DNA from: Bacteroidetes bacterium GWF2_38_335
GTDB taxonomy: Bacteria; Bacteroidota; Bacteroidia; Bacteroidales; GWF2-38-335
DNA: 64,000 nucleotides
Reading direction: 5' to 3'
NCBI GenBank assembly: GCA_001769535.1
Contig: MEOH01000005.1
Coordinates: 67,839-131,838, forward strand
Numbering within the stretch: position 1 is the stretch's first letter; every line of letters begins with the position of its first letter. Shown one piece after another: positions 1 to 10,364 of the stretch. Position numbers and translations under genes: made by a program. The notes under the pieces are model-generated. The model saw nothing but the letters and a program-made list of their open reading frames with translations. It was not told the DNA's origin and searched no databases.

Positions 1-2715
1 TGGTTTGAATATTCCCGGATCAAATTCTTTGACAACTGTTCCTTTTTCATCCAACAGCTGCATTGAATAATTGGTGTTTTCAACCAGATTTAGTGAAATG
101 AAAAATTCATCTCCGGCCGGATTTGGATAAATACTGATTTTTTCACTTACAGGCATAATGTTTTCTACTGAAAGATACAGACTGTCAAATGTCTGCTGTG
201 CTGCTTCTGCAGCCTGGGTAATGGCCGCAAGATCTTCTCCGGCAAGCATAGCAAATACAATAACTATGGTGTCGTGGGGCAAAATATTATAAGGTCCGGC
301 CCCCATTACGTTAACTACATCATTTCCCGATTCCGTTCCTCCCGCCGAGTACCTTCCTGTTGATATCAGCAAAAATCTTTCGTCATCTGTAAGTCCATCC
401 GAAACATCAACACCCTGGTCTCCTCCCGCAATATTGTCAGCCGCATAGGGATGTGCGTCAGAGGATGACAGCAACTGCACTCCGGCAAACTGACTGAATG
501 CTTCTGTGCTGAATGAATATAGTAATTTCAGATCGCTGTCATATCCGGATTTGTTTAAGCTGTAATCCATTATGTCCCAGTCAAGAAATATTCCGGCATA
601 AAAATTATGGATAGTTGTATCACTGTTATTGACAAACCTGTATTCAAGCATGATGTAATCTTCATCCTTTACGGTATCCCATGCAAAAACACTTTGAAAT
701 ATTTCCAGTCCGAGCTTTTTGTAACCCGCATTGTTATCGTTGAAAACGGTATATATATCCTGGTCTGAGAATACACCCGGACTAACTTTTTCTGCTTTCT
801 GGACTATTGAAAAATCACCTTCACCTCTTACGCTTCCTGCAAATTTTTCTCCGGAGAGTCCCATTATTAGTCCGCCTTCGTACAACATATTTGCACTATC
901 TTTAAATTGAAAACCAATTCCCGGATTCAGTTTTGTATAATCAAATCCAATTTTCCCACAACTTGTAATGGTGGCAGTAATATTATTGGTGTCAATCTCA
1001 ACCAGAGTAGGATTGACATCAAATTTTACGTATTGGAAATCGGTATAATTCGTATCGGTATAATTCAGTTTGATGGTGATTGTATGATCATAGGGTGCGG
1101 TTGGCAGAATCCTGAATCTTAAACTTCCCGGAGGTACGGGGATAGTTTCCATTTCGCCCAAAATGCCGATAAAATCTGTGTTGTCAATAAATTCTACAAA
1201 AGGTGAACTGGACGAAAGCACCACATTTAATTCGGCGGTCTGACTCAGGTAATTAATAAAATCACCGGTTATTTCGACCGTGTCACCACCCTCCATAATT
1301 CCGTCTTCATTGTCGGTAAGCTCTTCATTTATCAGTCTGACTGAAGGAAACAAAGTATCGGTAAGTGCCCTGTAAAGGTTAACCCTTCCTTTTCCCAGCA
1401 AGCCGATGTAGGGTTCGTTATAATCAATTGTGTCTATATCGTCAGCGGTAACCCTAAGCTGTTCGCCAATTTGCAGTGGTGTCATTTCCGGAAATCGGGA
1501 CTTTACAATTCCTGCACAACCTGCAACAATAGGTGAGGCAAAGGATGTTCCGCCCCAAAGGATTCCATAGGAACTTCCCTGGGTGGTAGAATAAAGCTGA
1601 GTGGCAGGTGCACACAAATCTACATAAATACTGTAATTGGAACCCGATGATGTACCAGAATTTTCAGGTGTCCATTTTTCATCAAGTGAAGTGGTGCCGG
1701 CAATGCTAAGGACATTGTCATAAGATGCCGGATAAAAATCAAGATTTGCATTATTGTTTCCTGCCCCGGCTATCACCAGTGCATTTTTATTAAATGTGGC
1801 GTAATTAATAATATCCTGCCCGAATTCTGTTCCGGCTAAACTGCCCCAGGAGCAGTTTATAATATGACAGCCATGATCAGCAGCGTAAATTATTCCTTCG
1901 TAAGCTACGTTGAGCATGGCAAGTGAATTTTGGATTTTTATTGGAATAAACTTGGTTCTGAAACCGGGGGAGGCAATTCCCAAACCATTGTCGGTTCTTG
2001 CAGCTGCACATCCTGAAACCCAGACTCCATGATCAGAGGCATCAGATTGTGGGTTGCTGTCGTTGTCGCCCAAATCCCATCCCCTGAAATTATCGACAAA
2101 CCCGTCGTTGTCATCATCCAATCCGTTGATCGGATCATTATAATTGTAAAATACATTTTCTGTAAGATCTTCATGGTCAATATCATTGCCCGTGTCTGTA
2201 ATTCCAATTACTATATTACTATCCCCAACTGTGATATCCCAGGCCTGAGGAGCCTTTATTTTTGAAATATAATACTGACTTCCAATATAAGGATCATTAG
2301 TCTCATAATCAAGAAGTTCAGGTATAACCTTTGGTTCGGCGTAAGTCACAATCTTAGATTTTTTAAGCATTGTAATTACTTCATCTACAGAAATGTCGGC
2401 TGAATAATGAACCTGGTATATTGTGGAAATATCCACCAGGGGATTGCCATACCTGTCGGTTTCTTTTTCAGGAGATTTGGCCAAAGGAAAAAGCTTTTCA
2501 ACTGAGGATGCTTTAATGCCCGAAAATATTTTCCGAATCATCGGATCATCAATGGAACTTTTGCTGCACAAGGATTTTTCTAAGGGATTGATTTTCACAA
2601 TCACAGTGTTTTTTAAAATTTTTACACCGTTTTGGGTAACCACCAGTTCATCTTGTGCGTAAGAACAGAATGTTATTAAAAGTATGAATGCCAGAAAAAA
2701 ATATTTTATTCTCAT
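1..2715 (-). CDS. S8 (subtilisin-family) serine peptidase with T9SS type-A C-terminal sorting domain; 3' end runs off the window
   Basis: Absent from the ORF track; spot-translated by hand. ATG at 2715 gives a signal peptide (MRIKYFFLAFILLITFCSYAQD). Catalytic motifs IVIGITDTG (~2190-2216), SDHGVWVSG (~2013-2037) and WGGTSFASP (~1531-1557). KISIYPNP near 120-140 starts a type-A CTD. Confidence 0.85.
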   Translation of the reverse strand, partial: MRIKYFFLAFILLITFCSYAQDELVVTQNGVKILKNTVIVKINPLEKSLCSKSSIDDPMIRKIFSGIKASSVEKLFPLAKSPEKETDRYGNPLVDISTIYQVHYSADISVDEVITMLKKSKIVTYAEPKVIPELLDYETNDPYIGSQYYISKIKAPQAWDITVGDSNIVIGITDTGNDIDHEDLTENVFYNYNDPINGLDDDNDGFVDNFRGWDLGDNDSNPQSDASDHGVWVSGCAAARTDNGLGIASPGFRTKFIPIKIQNSLAMLNVAYEGIIYAADHGCHIINCSWGSLAGTEFGQDIINYATFNKNALVIAGAGNNNANLDFYPASYDNVLSIAGTTSLDEKWTPENSGTSSGSNYSIYVDLCAPATQLYSTTQGSSYGILWGGTSFASPIVAGCAGIVKSRFPEMTPLQIGEQLRVTADDIDTIDYNEPYIGLLGKGRVNLYRALTDTLFPSVRLINEELTDNEDGIMEGGDTVEITGDFINYLSQTAELNVVLSSSSPFVEFIDNTDFIGILGEMETIPVPPGSLRFRILPTAPYDHTITIKLNYTDTNYTDFQYVKFDVNPTLVEIDTNNITATITSCGKIGFDYTKLNPGIGFQFKDSANMLYEGGLIMGLSGEKFAGSVRGEGDFSIVQKAEKVSPGVFSDQDIYTVFNDNNAGYKKLGLEIFQSVFAWDTVKDEDYIMLEYRFVNNSDTTIHNFYAGIFLDWDIMDYSLNKSGYDSDLKLLYSFSTEAFSQFAGVQLLSSSDAHPYAADNIAGGDQGVDVSDGLTDDERFLLISTGRYSAGGTESGNDVVNVMGAGPYNILPHDTIVIVFAMLAGEDLAAITQAAEAAQQTFDSLYLSVENIMPVSEKISIYPNPAGDEFFISLNLVENTNYSMQLLDEKGTVVKEFDPGIFKP

Positions 2716-2778
2716 ATTTATTTAATTGAAAGATAAATGTACACATTTTTCAGTATATTTTAATATTAAACCGCGAAA

Positions 2779-3165
2779 ATGATAAATTTTATAATTGTTG
2801 ATGATGACCGCATGATCATTAAGCTGATCGAAGATTTTGCCTCGAAAGTGAATTTTCTGAATTATAAAGGTTCTTATACCTCTGTGGTTGATGCACTTAA
2901 TGATAATGCATCCGAAGATATTGACTTAATTTTCCTTGATGTTGAATTGCCCGAAATGTCAGGAATTGAATATTTGAAAAATTTCAGAAAAAAGCCAATG
3001 ATCATCATGATTTCAACCTATCCCGACTATGCGGTTGATGCATTTGAATACGAGGCGGTGGATTTTCTCTTAAAACCATTCGTCTTTTCCAGGTTTTTCA
3101 GAAGCGTTCAGAAAGCAGTGAAAATGAATAAATTTTTGGAAATGCAATTTAACGAGGAAGAATAG
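2779..3165 (+). CDS. Stand-alone receiver-domain response regulator (LytR/AlgR-like REC, no output domain)
   Basis: IIVDDD, LIFLDVELPEMSG and FLLKPF motifs; 128 aa only. Confidence 0.8.
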   Translation: MINFIIVDDDRMIIKLIEDFASKVNFLNYKGSYTSVVDALNDNASEDIDLIFLDVELPEMSGIEYLKNFRKKPMIIMISTYPDYAVDAFEYEAVDFLLKPFVFSRFFRSVQKAVKMNKFLEMQFNEEE

Positions 3166-3333
3166 CTGAATGATGCCGAATCATTAACCTTCACGATTCA
3201 GTCATTCAACAATCGTTGGTCAATTTTATTTTGATTTAAATATTTATTTTGCATTTTCAAATATAAAAAGTTATTAATTGTCAAAAAATTTCTATCTTTA
3301 TGTTTTATTATTGATTGAAAAAAACTTTTCATT

Positions 3334-4053
3334 ATGGTTTTAAATTGTATAATAATCGATGATGATAAGCTTTCCAGAAAGGTTATCGAAGAATTTGTAA
3401 ACCGCACTGAATCACTGAATTTAATAAATTCATACTCCAGCGCAGTTGAAGCAATCAATGTGTTCAATATCGGCGAAGAAATAAATCTGATTTTTTTGGA
3501 TATTGAAATGCCTGTTATGACCGGATTAGAATTCCTCAAAACCCTTTCAGACCCGCCACAGATTGTAATTATCTCTGCCAAGGAAAAATATGCTCTTGAA
3601 GCTTTTGAATATGATGTAACCGACTATCTGCTGAAACCTGTTTCCTATGCAAGGTTTTTTAAAGCAGTGGACAAGGTTCTTAACCACTACCGTGATTCTC
3701 ACGATAAAAGGGTTGCCGAAGAAAATGATGAAATTTTCATTAAAAAAAGCTCTTCTCTCGTGCGCCTGAAATATGATGATATCCTTTGGATTGAAGCTTT
3801 GGAAAATTATGTGATTGTCAATACTTTCTCTGAAAAATTTACCATTCACTTCACCATGAAAGCCATTGAAAAGAAATTGCCGCTTTCAAAATTTAAAAGG
3901 GTGCATCGTTCTTACATCGTCAATGTGAGCAGAATCAATGTTATCGAAGATAATGCCATCATTGTTAACATTGAGGATGGTTCAAAGGTAATACCCATCG
4001 GTAAATCATATAAGGATAAACTGATGAACGACCTGAACCTGATGGTGAAATAA
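3334..4053 (+). CDS. LytTR-family DNA-binding response regulator
   Basis: REC domain (IIIDDD, FLDIEMP, YLLKP) followed by LytTR motifs (ILWIEALENYV, FKRVHRSYIVN, IPIGKSYK). Confidence 0.92.
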   Translation: MVLNCIIIDDDKLSRKVIEEFVNRTESLNLINSYSSAVEAINVFNIGEEINLIFLDIEMPVMTGLEFLKTLSDPPQIVIISAKEKYALEAFEYDVTDYLLKPVSYARFFKAVDKVLNHYRDSHDKRVAEENDEIFIKKSSSLVRLKYDDILWIEALENYVIVNTFSEKFTIHFTMKAIEKKLPLSKFKRVHRSYIVNVSRINVIEDNAIIVNIEDGSKVIPIGKSYKDKLMNDLNLMVK

Positions 4054-4065
4054 CAGGTACATTTA

Positions 4066-5250
4066 ATGTCCTATAACCGCAGACTTTTTTTTAAGCACGT
4101 TGCTCAGACGTCTGATTTTCCTATTGGTGCCGAAATTATTCGTGCATCCGGAATTTATTTGTTTGGCCCATCCGGAGAAAAATTTGTTGATCTGGTTTCC
4201 GGTGTTTCTGTAAGCAGTTTGGGTCATAATAATCAGAAAATCATAGAAGCTATCCATGTGCAAACGGATAATTTTCTGCATCTTACTGTGTATGGCGAAT
4301 ATATTCAAAGTCCGCAGGTAATTCTTGCCCGAATGCTTGCCGATAATTTACCCGAAAACCTCAATTGTACTTATTTTGTTAATTCGGGAAGCGAAGCAGT
4401 TGAAGGAGCCATGAAACTTGCCAAAAGGTATACCGGACGAAAGGAAATTATCTCCTTTAAAAATGCCTATCACGGAAGCACGCAAGGCGCCCTTAGCATT
4501 CTGGGGGATGAGAGTTTTAAAAAGTCATTCAGACCACTTTTGCCTCAGATATGCATTATTAATTATAACGATTTTACTGACCTCAGTCTGATTTCAGACA
4601 AAACAGCTGCTGTGTTTGCCGAACCCGTTCAGGCCGAAGCCGGAGTGGTACAACCGAAAAAGGATTTTCTGAAGAAACTTAGGAAAAAATGCAATGAGAC
4701 CGGCACTTTACTAGTTTTTGATGAAATTCAGACCGGCATGGGTCGCCTCGGTGCATTGTTTGCCTTTGAAAAATATGGCGTTGTACCCGATATTTTGCTT
4801 ACAGCCAAAGCCCTGGGAGGAGGCATGCCATTGGGTGCTTTTATTTCATCCAAAAAAATTCTTGATTCCTTTAAAACCAATCCGGTCCTCGGACATATTA
4901 CCACTTTTGGTGGCCACCCCGTTTCATGCGCTGCTGCAATTGCCATGCTTAAACAGGTGAAGAACAAAAAACTTCTTGATTCGGTAATAAAAAAAGAAAA
5001 ACTCTTTAAGCAACTCCTGCTTCATGAAAAAATTAAAGAGGTGAGGGGCGAAGGTCTGCTTTTGGCTGTTGACCTTGGCAAAGCTGAACTTGTAAAGAAA
5101 TTTGTGAAAAAAGCTATTGAAAAGGGAATTATTACCGAGTGGTTCCTCTTTGATGATAAAAGTTTCAGGATCTCTCCCCCTTTAAATATCACACAAAGAG
5201 AAATCAGATCGGTTTGTAAAACCATCCTCGAAATTTTGTCTGATTTTTGA
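4066..5250 (+). CDS. Class-III PLP aminotransferase (acetylornithine aminotransferase-like)
   Basis: NSGSEAVEGA, YHGST, FDEIQTGMGRLG, PDILLTAKALGGG (PLP lysine), TTFGGHP. Confidence 0.9.
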   Translation: MSYNRRLFFKHVAQTSDFPIGAEIIRASGIYLFGPSGEKFVDLVSGVSVSSLGHNNQKIIEAIHVQTDNFLHLTVYGEYIQSPQVILARMLADNLPENLNCTYFVNSGSEAVEGAMKLAKRYTGRKEIISFKNAYHGSTQGALSILGDESFKKSFRPLLPQICIINYNDFTDLSLISDKTAAVFAEPVQAEAGVVQPKKDFLKKLRKKCNETGTLLVFDEIQTGMGRLGALFAFEKYGVVPDILLTAKALGGGMPLGAFISSKKILDSFKTNPVLGHITTFGGHPVSCAAAIAMLKQVKNKKLLDSVIKKEKLFKQLLLHEKIKEVRGEGLLLAVDLGKAELVKKFVKKAIEKGIITEWFLFDDKSFRISPPLNITQREIRSVCKTILEILSDF

Positions 5251-5456
5251 TTATACCAATTGTAATTATAAAACAGCCCCCCGATAAACGAGGGTTTAAA
5301 AACAATCTGTTTTATAATTTTACAATGGCAGAATGTGCCCGAAACACCTTTCGGCATTAATACTCGAAATGCAAAACAAAATAATTAGTCAACGGACTAT
5401 TTTATAATTCATTTCGGTATTTTTCGAATTAACCTCACAAACTTAACAAACGTCAA

Positions 5457-5690
5457 TTATTCTGAAAAACTTTCAGCTTCAGTATTTTCCTTGACTTTTT
5501 TCTTTTCCTTATAAAAAAGCAAGGCGCCAAGCAGAATGCCATATCCGATTGTTATGTAGGGGTTTGAAGTGATCGGACAACCTCCCGAAGTACAACCGAC
5601 GAAATAATAATATGCAAATCCTGCCGTTCCACCTATAAGCATTCCTATAATTAGCCGGACTGTGAATATATTTTTTAATTTTGTATCCAT
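5457..5690 (-). CDS. Small membrane protein with GCxxGxCPIT motif (DUF6132-like)
   Basis: Two hydrophobic helices flank GCTSGGCPITSNP. Start moved to the ATG at 5690 (MDTKLK) because a TATCTTTG promoter element overlaps the annotated start. Confidence 0.75.
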   Translation of the reverse strand: MDTKLKNIFTVRLIIGMLIGGTAGFAYYYFVGCTSGGCPITSNPYITIGYGILLGALLFYKEKKKVKENTEAESFSE

Positions 5691-5705
5691 TGATGATGTT
5701 TTTTG

Positions 5706-5713
5706 CAAAGATA
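5706..5713 (-). promoter_or_regulatory. Bacteroidota primary-sigma -7 element (TAnnTTTG)
   Basis: Minus-strand TATCTTTG(CA) just upstream of the ATG at 5690. Confidence 0.55.
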
Positions 5714-5743
5714 AATAAAATATATAATAATATACATATTAAC

Positions 5744-6670
5744 ATGTGTCAAAAATTTTTAATTCTTTTTTTAGTTGCTTTTATTTTTCCGGGAATCAAG
5801 CTGGTTTCACAGGATCTTGATATTGCTGAAAGGGAAGACAGTTTGCGTTTTTATTTTGAAAGCATATCCAGGGAAAAAAATGACAGCGTTAAAATCAGGT
5901 ATAATAATGAAATTATAAGGATTTTTGAAGAAGTCCTTGTTTGTCCTGAAACTTTTATTTACCCCTTTGATTCGGTTAAATATCTTGGGAAATTGTCATC
6001 TCCCGACAATGCATTCAGAATGTTTAACTGGAATATTCCCATGAATGACCGCACCAACCGGTATTTTTGCATTTTGCAATCTTCAAAAAAATACAATGAC
6101 TCGCTGATTATTTTCAAGTTCAGGGATAAATCTGCCGACATAAATGAGCCTATGGTGGCAATGCTGAATGGCAATAACTGGTATGGGGCACTGTATTATA
6201 AAATCATTGCCAACAAAGAAAGGAAATTCACAACTTATACCTTGCTTGGGATCAACTTCAATGACGAGTTCTCAAACAAAAAGATTATTGAAACCCTGAC
6301 TTTCGGAAAGGCCGGAATTCCTGAGTTTAATGCTGCCCAGATTGTGGTTGGAAAGGACAGGTACAGAAGATTGATTTTCGAATATTCTGAAAAGGCAGTT
6401 ATGACCATGAAATATGAAGAAGCCTTAAAGATGATTGTTTTTGACCATTTATATCCAATGCAATCAAAATATAAAGGCGATTATAAATATTACGTGCCTG
6501 ATGTTACCAATGACGCATTATATTATAAGGAAGGAAAATGGTATTTTGTTGAAAAAATTGATCCGAGCAATCCGGCACAAAACTGGTCGGCAAAAAGAAG
6601 GGAATACATAAAAAGCAGAAAAGAGGCCATTGTTAATGAAAAAAGGAAAAATTCTGTTTTCAATGAGTAA
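5744..6670 (+). CDS. Exported hypothetical protein
   Basis: ATG 5744 gives a signal peptide (MCQKFLILFLVAFIFPG); long ORF with WYGALYYKI and IVFDHLYP segments. Confidence 0.7.
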   Translation: MCQKFLILFLVAFIFPGIKLVSQDLDIAEREDSLRFYFESISREKNDSVKIRYNNEIIRIFEEVLVCPETFIYPFDSVKYLGKLSSPDNAFRMFNWNIPMNDRTNRYFCILQSSKKYNDSLIIFKFRDKSADINEPMVAMLNGNNWYGALYYKIIANKERKFTTYTLLGINFNDEFSNKKIIETLTFGKAGIPEFNAAQIVVGKDRYRRLIFEYSEKAVMTMKYEEALKMIVFDHLYPMQSKYKGDYKYYVPDVTNDALYYKEGKWYFVEKIDPSNPAQNWSAKRREYIKSRKEAIVNEKRKNSVFNE

Positions 6671-6738
6671 TATCAACCTTATTTTTTTATATTTTTGGTT
6701 GATTTAAAGATTATTGATCTGAAAATAAGAAGCTGAAA

Positions 6739-7629
6739 ATGAAATACTGGATTTTGATAATCGCAATTCTGATAAACGGATTGTTTTGTATATCCCAGAA
6801 TTCTGTAATTACCATTACGACTACCGAATCCGGGGCTAGATTCTATGCCGTACTAAATGGAATTCAACAAAACGGAATAGCGGATTTGTCTCTGGAATTA
6901 AAAGATATTAAACCCCAGCAATATACGCTGATGGTTACTTTTGCTGTGCAGGATATTTCGCCTCTTGTTAAAAGATTTGAACTGAAATCAGGTTCTTTGT
7001 GTGAATTTGCTGTTGTTAAAGAGGAAAATTTACAGACAGTTCCAGAGGATTCTTTGGCCTCAAATGGTAAATACAAACTAATTCTTGTTTCAGAGAAACC
7101 GCTTGGTAATGACTATGTTGATGAGGCGAATTCGGGAAATATATACCTCTATGAGGAATATATGAAAATCAACGGCGGAAACCAGAATGATAATGTCCAG
7201 GATGAAATTATCAACAAACCCGATAACCAATATAATGATGTTCACCAGGATGTTTCAGAAACCTCTGTTTCAACCAATACAACCTCGACAAATACAAATG
7301 TGTTCTATGGTTCGGGTTATACCGGAAAAACCGGTTGTGCCGCACCCATGGCTGAATCTGATTTTCAGGCCGCAAAGCAGTCTGTTGCCTCACGCGACTT
7401 TGAAGACTCAAAACTGGGTATTGCCCGACAGGTCGCAACAAATAACTGCCTTTATGCTTCTCAGGTTAAGGAATTGATGAAACTTTTCAGTTTTGAGGAC
7501 ACCCGGCTTGAATTTGCCAAATTTGCCTGGTCGCATACCTACGACATTGGAAATTATTTCATGGTGAATGATGCATTTGATTTTGAATCTTCCTCAAAAG
7601 AACTGGACGAATATATTAACCGTAAATAG
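6739..7629 (+). CDS. Exported DUF4476-domain protein
   Basis: Signal peptide; C-terminal duplicated FEDSKL/FEDTRLEFAK...YD pattern typical of DUF4476. Confidence 0.75.
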   Translation: MKYWILIIAILINGLFCISQNSVITITTTESGARFYAVLNGIQQNGIADLSLELKDIKPQQYTLMVTFAVQDISPLVKRFELKSGSLCEFAVVKEENLQTVPEDSLASNGKYKLILVSEKPLGNDYVDEANSGNIYLYEEYMKINGGNQNDNVQDEIINKPDNQYNDVHQDVSETSVSTNTTSTNTNVFYGSGYTGKTGCAAPMAESDFQAAKQSVASRDFEDSKLGIARQVATNNCLYASQVKELMKLFSFEDTRLEFAKFAWSHTYDIGNYFMVNDAFDFESSSKELDEYINRK

Positions 7630-7631
7630 GA

Positions 7632-8174
7632 ATGGCTGAAATAAATACCCAAAATGTCCAGATTTATCTGGTTGACGACGACGAGCTTCAATTGAAGATC
7701 ATCAGGAATAAGTTCCTGACGTCAACCGATTATCAGCTGCGCACATTTACTTCGGGCGAGGAATTTCTTGAAACAATTATCAGGAAACCTCTGAATAAAT
7801 GGCTTCATCATATCGTGATTCTTGATTTCCAGCTTCATTCTACCAGCAATCATGATGCAAAAAACGGACTTGAAATTCTTCAGATTCTGAAAGGAATCAA
7901 CCCTGCCATTCAGGTGATTATGCTCTCGGGAGTCAGCGATGAAGATATCCAGCAAAAAGCCACAAGGTTCGGAGCAGTTGAATTTATCAGGAAAAATGAA
8001 AATTCTTTCACCCGTATTAATAATGCCATAAAATGGATAATCAGTTCCAATGATCTTAAACGCAAACAAAGAGCAAGTAAAATGGCATTGGGTCTGTTCC
8101 TGTCTGTTCTGGGTTCTGCTGCCATACTTGTGGTAACTTTATACCTGCTTTACCCCGATTGGTTTAAAGTGTGA
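7632..8174 (+). CDS. Receiver-domain protein with C-terminal transmembrane helix
   Basis: IYLVDDD, IVILDFQL, NGLEIL, VIMLSG, FIRK; hydrophobic tail ALGLFLSVLGSAAILVVTLYLLY. Confidence 0.8.
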   Translation: MAEINTQNVQIYLVDDDELQLKIIRNKFLTSTDYQLRTFTSGEEFLETIIRKPLNKWLHHIVILDFQLHSTSNHDAKNGLEILQILKGINPAIQVIMLSGVSDEDIQQKATRFGAVEFIRKNENSFTRINNAIKWIISSNDLKRKQRASKMALGLFLSVLGSAAILVVTLYLLYPDWFKV

Positions 8175-8277
8175 CTATTTGTCAGTTTTGTAACTATCAT
8201 ATTATCAGTATTTAAAAACATTTACACTGAAAAAATTTCAGTGATTGTCTGGTTTTTGCCTTTGGTATGTATTTTGA
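8172..8277 (+). promoter_or_regulatory. Putative sigma54-like promoter with two upstream 13-bp palindromes for htpG
   Basis: TGAC-TATTT-GTCA (8172-8184), TGAA-AAAAT-TTCA (8228-8240), and TGGTAT-N5-TTGA (8263-8277) with 12-nt GG to GA spacing. Confidence 0.4.
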
Positions 8278-8319
8278 ATAAATCTGCACATCAAAATGTT
8301 TAACCTAAATTGTTGAATT

Positions 8320-10362
8320 ATGCAGAAAGGTACTATTGGAGTTACAACGGAAAACATTTTCCCTATCATTAAGAAGTTTTTATACTCTGATCAGGAAATA
8401 TTTCTCAGAGAACTTGTTTCGAACGCTGTGGATGCTACCCAAAAACTGAAGGCATTGGCTTCGGCCGGTGAATTGACAGGTGAATTGGGTGATCTTACCA
8501 TTCATGTTTCAGTTGATAAAAAGAAAAAAACCATCACTATTTCCGATAAGGGAATTGGAATGACTGAAAAGGAAATTGAAAAATATATTAACCAGATTGC
8601 CTTTTCAAGTGCCGAGGAATTCCTGAAAAAATACAAGGATAAAGCTGCTATTATCGGACATTTTGGATTGGGTTTTTACAGCTCCTTTATGGTTTCAGAA
8701 AAAGTTGAGATCGTAACCAAATCTCACAAAAGGGCCAAAGCCATCAAATGGTCATGCGACGGAAGTCCGGAATATACCATCGAAGAATTTGACAGAAAAG
8801 ACAGGGGAACTGATGTGATACTGCATATCGATAAAGAATCTTCTGAATTTCTTGAAGATAGCAGAATTGAAGGCTTGCTGAAAAAATATTGCCGGTTCCT
8901 CCCCGTTGAAATTGCCTATGGAGAGGAGCAGGAGTGGAAAGATGGAAAATACCAAAGTACTGGCAAACCTAAAATTATTAATGATACCAAACCTGCCTGG
9001 ACTAAAAAACCTGCGGATCTTAAGGAGGAAGATTATAAAAAATTCTACTCCGATTTATATCCCATGGCCGAAGAGCCACTTTTTAATATTCATCTGAATG
9101 TTGATTACCCGTTCAACCTGACCGGTATTCTGTACTTCCCGAAAATCAAAAATAATATTGAAGTCCAGAAAAATAAGATTCAATTATATTGTAATCAGGT
9201 TTTTGTGACCGACTCGGTCGAAGGAATTGTTCCCGATTTTCTCACACTGCTGCATGGTGTTCTCGATTCACCTGATATTCCGCTTAACGTTTCCAGAAGC
9301 TACCTGCAAAGCGATTCGAATGTAAAAAAGATTAGTGCACACATTACTAAAAAGGTGGCCGACAGACTCGGTGATATTTTCAAGGAATCACGCGAAGAAT
9401 ATGAAAAAAAATGGGACGACCTTAAGCTGTTTATTGCTTATGGCATGCTTACCGAAGAAAAATTCCATGAAAAAGCCGTGAAATTTGCCCTTTTCAAAAA
9501 TGTTGATGATAAGTACTTTACTTTCGATGAATACAAAGATTTGGTTAGTGCAGGTCAGACAAATAAACAGGGTGATATAATTTACCTTTATACTACCAAC
9601 AAAGTGGAACAGTTTAGTTTCATCGAAGCTGCGAAAAATAAGGGATACGATGTGCTGATTATGGACGGCCACCTGGATGCCCACTTCATCAACCATCTGG
9701 AACAAAAGCTTGAAAAAACACGGTTTATCCGTGTAGATTCAGATGTGGCAGAAAAACTCATCGAAAAAGAGGATAAGACCGAAATGAACATCAGTGAAAA
9801 TGACCAGTCTGATCTCAGACCATCTTTCCTCGGACAGGTTCCTTCTGAAAATAATTATGCCGTGGTTTTCGAGGCAATGAAAGAGGATGCTCCGCCTGCT
9901 ATCATCACTCAGAATGAGTTTATGAGAAGGATGAAAGATATGTCAAAACTTGGTGGCGGAATGAGTTTTTACGGCGAATTGCCCGATAGTTATAATCTGG
10001 TTATCAATACAAAACACAAGCTTGTCCTGAAAATTCTTGAGGAAATGAAAAGCAAAGTCGGTGCTGATCTTGAAAAAATAGGTGCTGAACTGAAGCCGTT
10101 GAATGACGAAAAAGACAAGCTCAACAAGGAAACCGAAGGTAAGAAAGATGAGGAAATTACCCAGGCTGTAAAAGATAAAAAAGAAGACTTGAACAAGAAA
10201 ATCGACGCGATCAGTGACAGCCGCAGTAAGTTACTCAAGGAATATGGAAGTGCAAATCCTTTGGTTAAACAAGTGGTTGACCTGGCACTCCTGTCAAATA
10301 ATATGCTGAAAGGGGAAGATCTGAACAGGTTTGTGAAAAGAAGTATTGACTTAATAAGTTAA
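8320..10362 (+). CDS. htpG: Molecular chaperone HtpG (Hsp90)
   Basis: YSDQEIFLRELVSNAVDA, DKGIGMT, IGHFGLGFYSSF, DSPDIPLNVSRSYLQ. Confidence 0.97.
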   Translation: MQKGTIGVTTENIFPIIKKFLYSDQEIFLRELVSNAVDATQKLKALASAGELTGELGDLTIHVSVDKKKKTITISDKGIGMTEKEIEKYINQIAFSSAEEFLKKYKDKAAIIGHFGLGFYSSFMVSEKVEIVTKSHKRAKAIKWSCDGSPEYTIEEFDRKDRGTDVILHIDKESSEFLEDSRIEGLLKKYCRFLPVEIAYGEEQEWKDGKYQSTGKPKIINDTKPAWTKKPADLKEEDYKKFYSDLYPMAEEPLFNIHLNVDYPFNLTGILYFPKIKNNIEVQKNKIQLYCNQVFVTDSVEGIVPDFLTLLHGVLDSPDIPLNVSRSYLQSDSNVKKISAHITKKVADRLGDIFKESREEYEKKWDDLKLFIAYGMLTEEKFHEKAVKFALFKNVDDKYFTFDEYKDLVSAGQTNKQGDIIYLYTTNKVEQFSFIEAAKNKGYDVLIMDGHLDAHFINHLEQKLEKTRFIRVDSDVAEKLIEKEDKTEMNISENDQSDLRPSFLGQVPSENNYAVVFEAMKEDAPPAIITQNEFMRRMKDMSKLGGGMSFYGELPDSYNLVINTKHKLVLKILEEMKSKVGADLEKIGAELKPLNDEKDKLNKETEGKKDEEITQAVKDKKEDLNKKIDAISDSRSKLLKEYGSANPLVKQVVDLALLSNNMLKGEDLNRFVKRSIDLIS

Positions 10363-10364
10363 TA

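Noticed and set aside
907-2662. Short ORFs in the track (907-1122, 1938-2207, 2029-2265, 2423-2662)
   Set aside because: They overlap the long minus-strand S8 peptidase frame and show no recognisable motifs
5429-5454. TTAAC-N17-CGTC as a fifth ECF promoter
   Set aside because: Different -35 and spacer, and it points into the 3' end of an opposite-strand gene
5681-5743. Annotated start at 5681 for the 329-aa ORF
   Set aside because: It overlaps the divergent gene and its promoter; ATG 5744 gives a proper signal peptide
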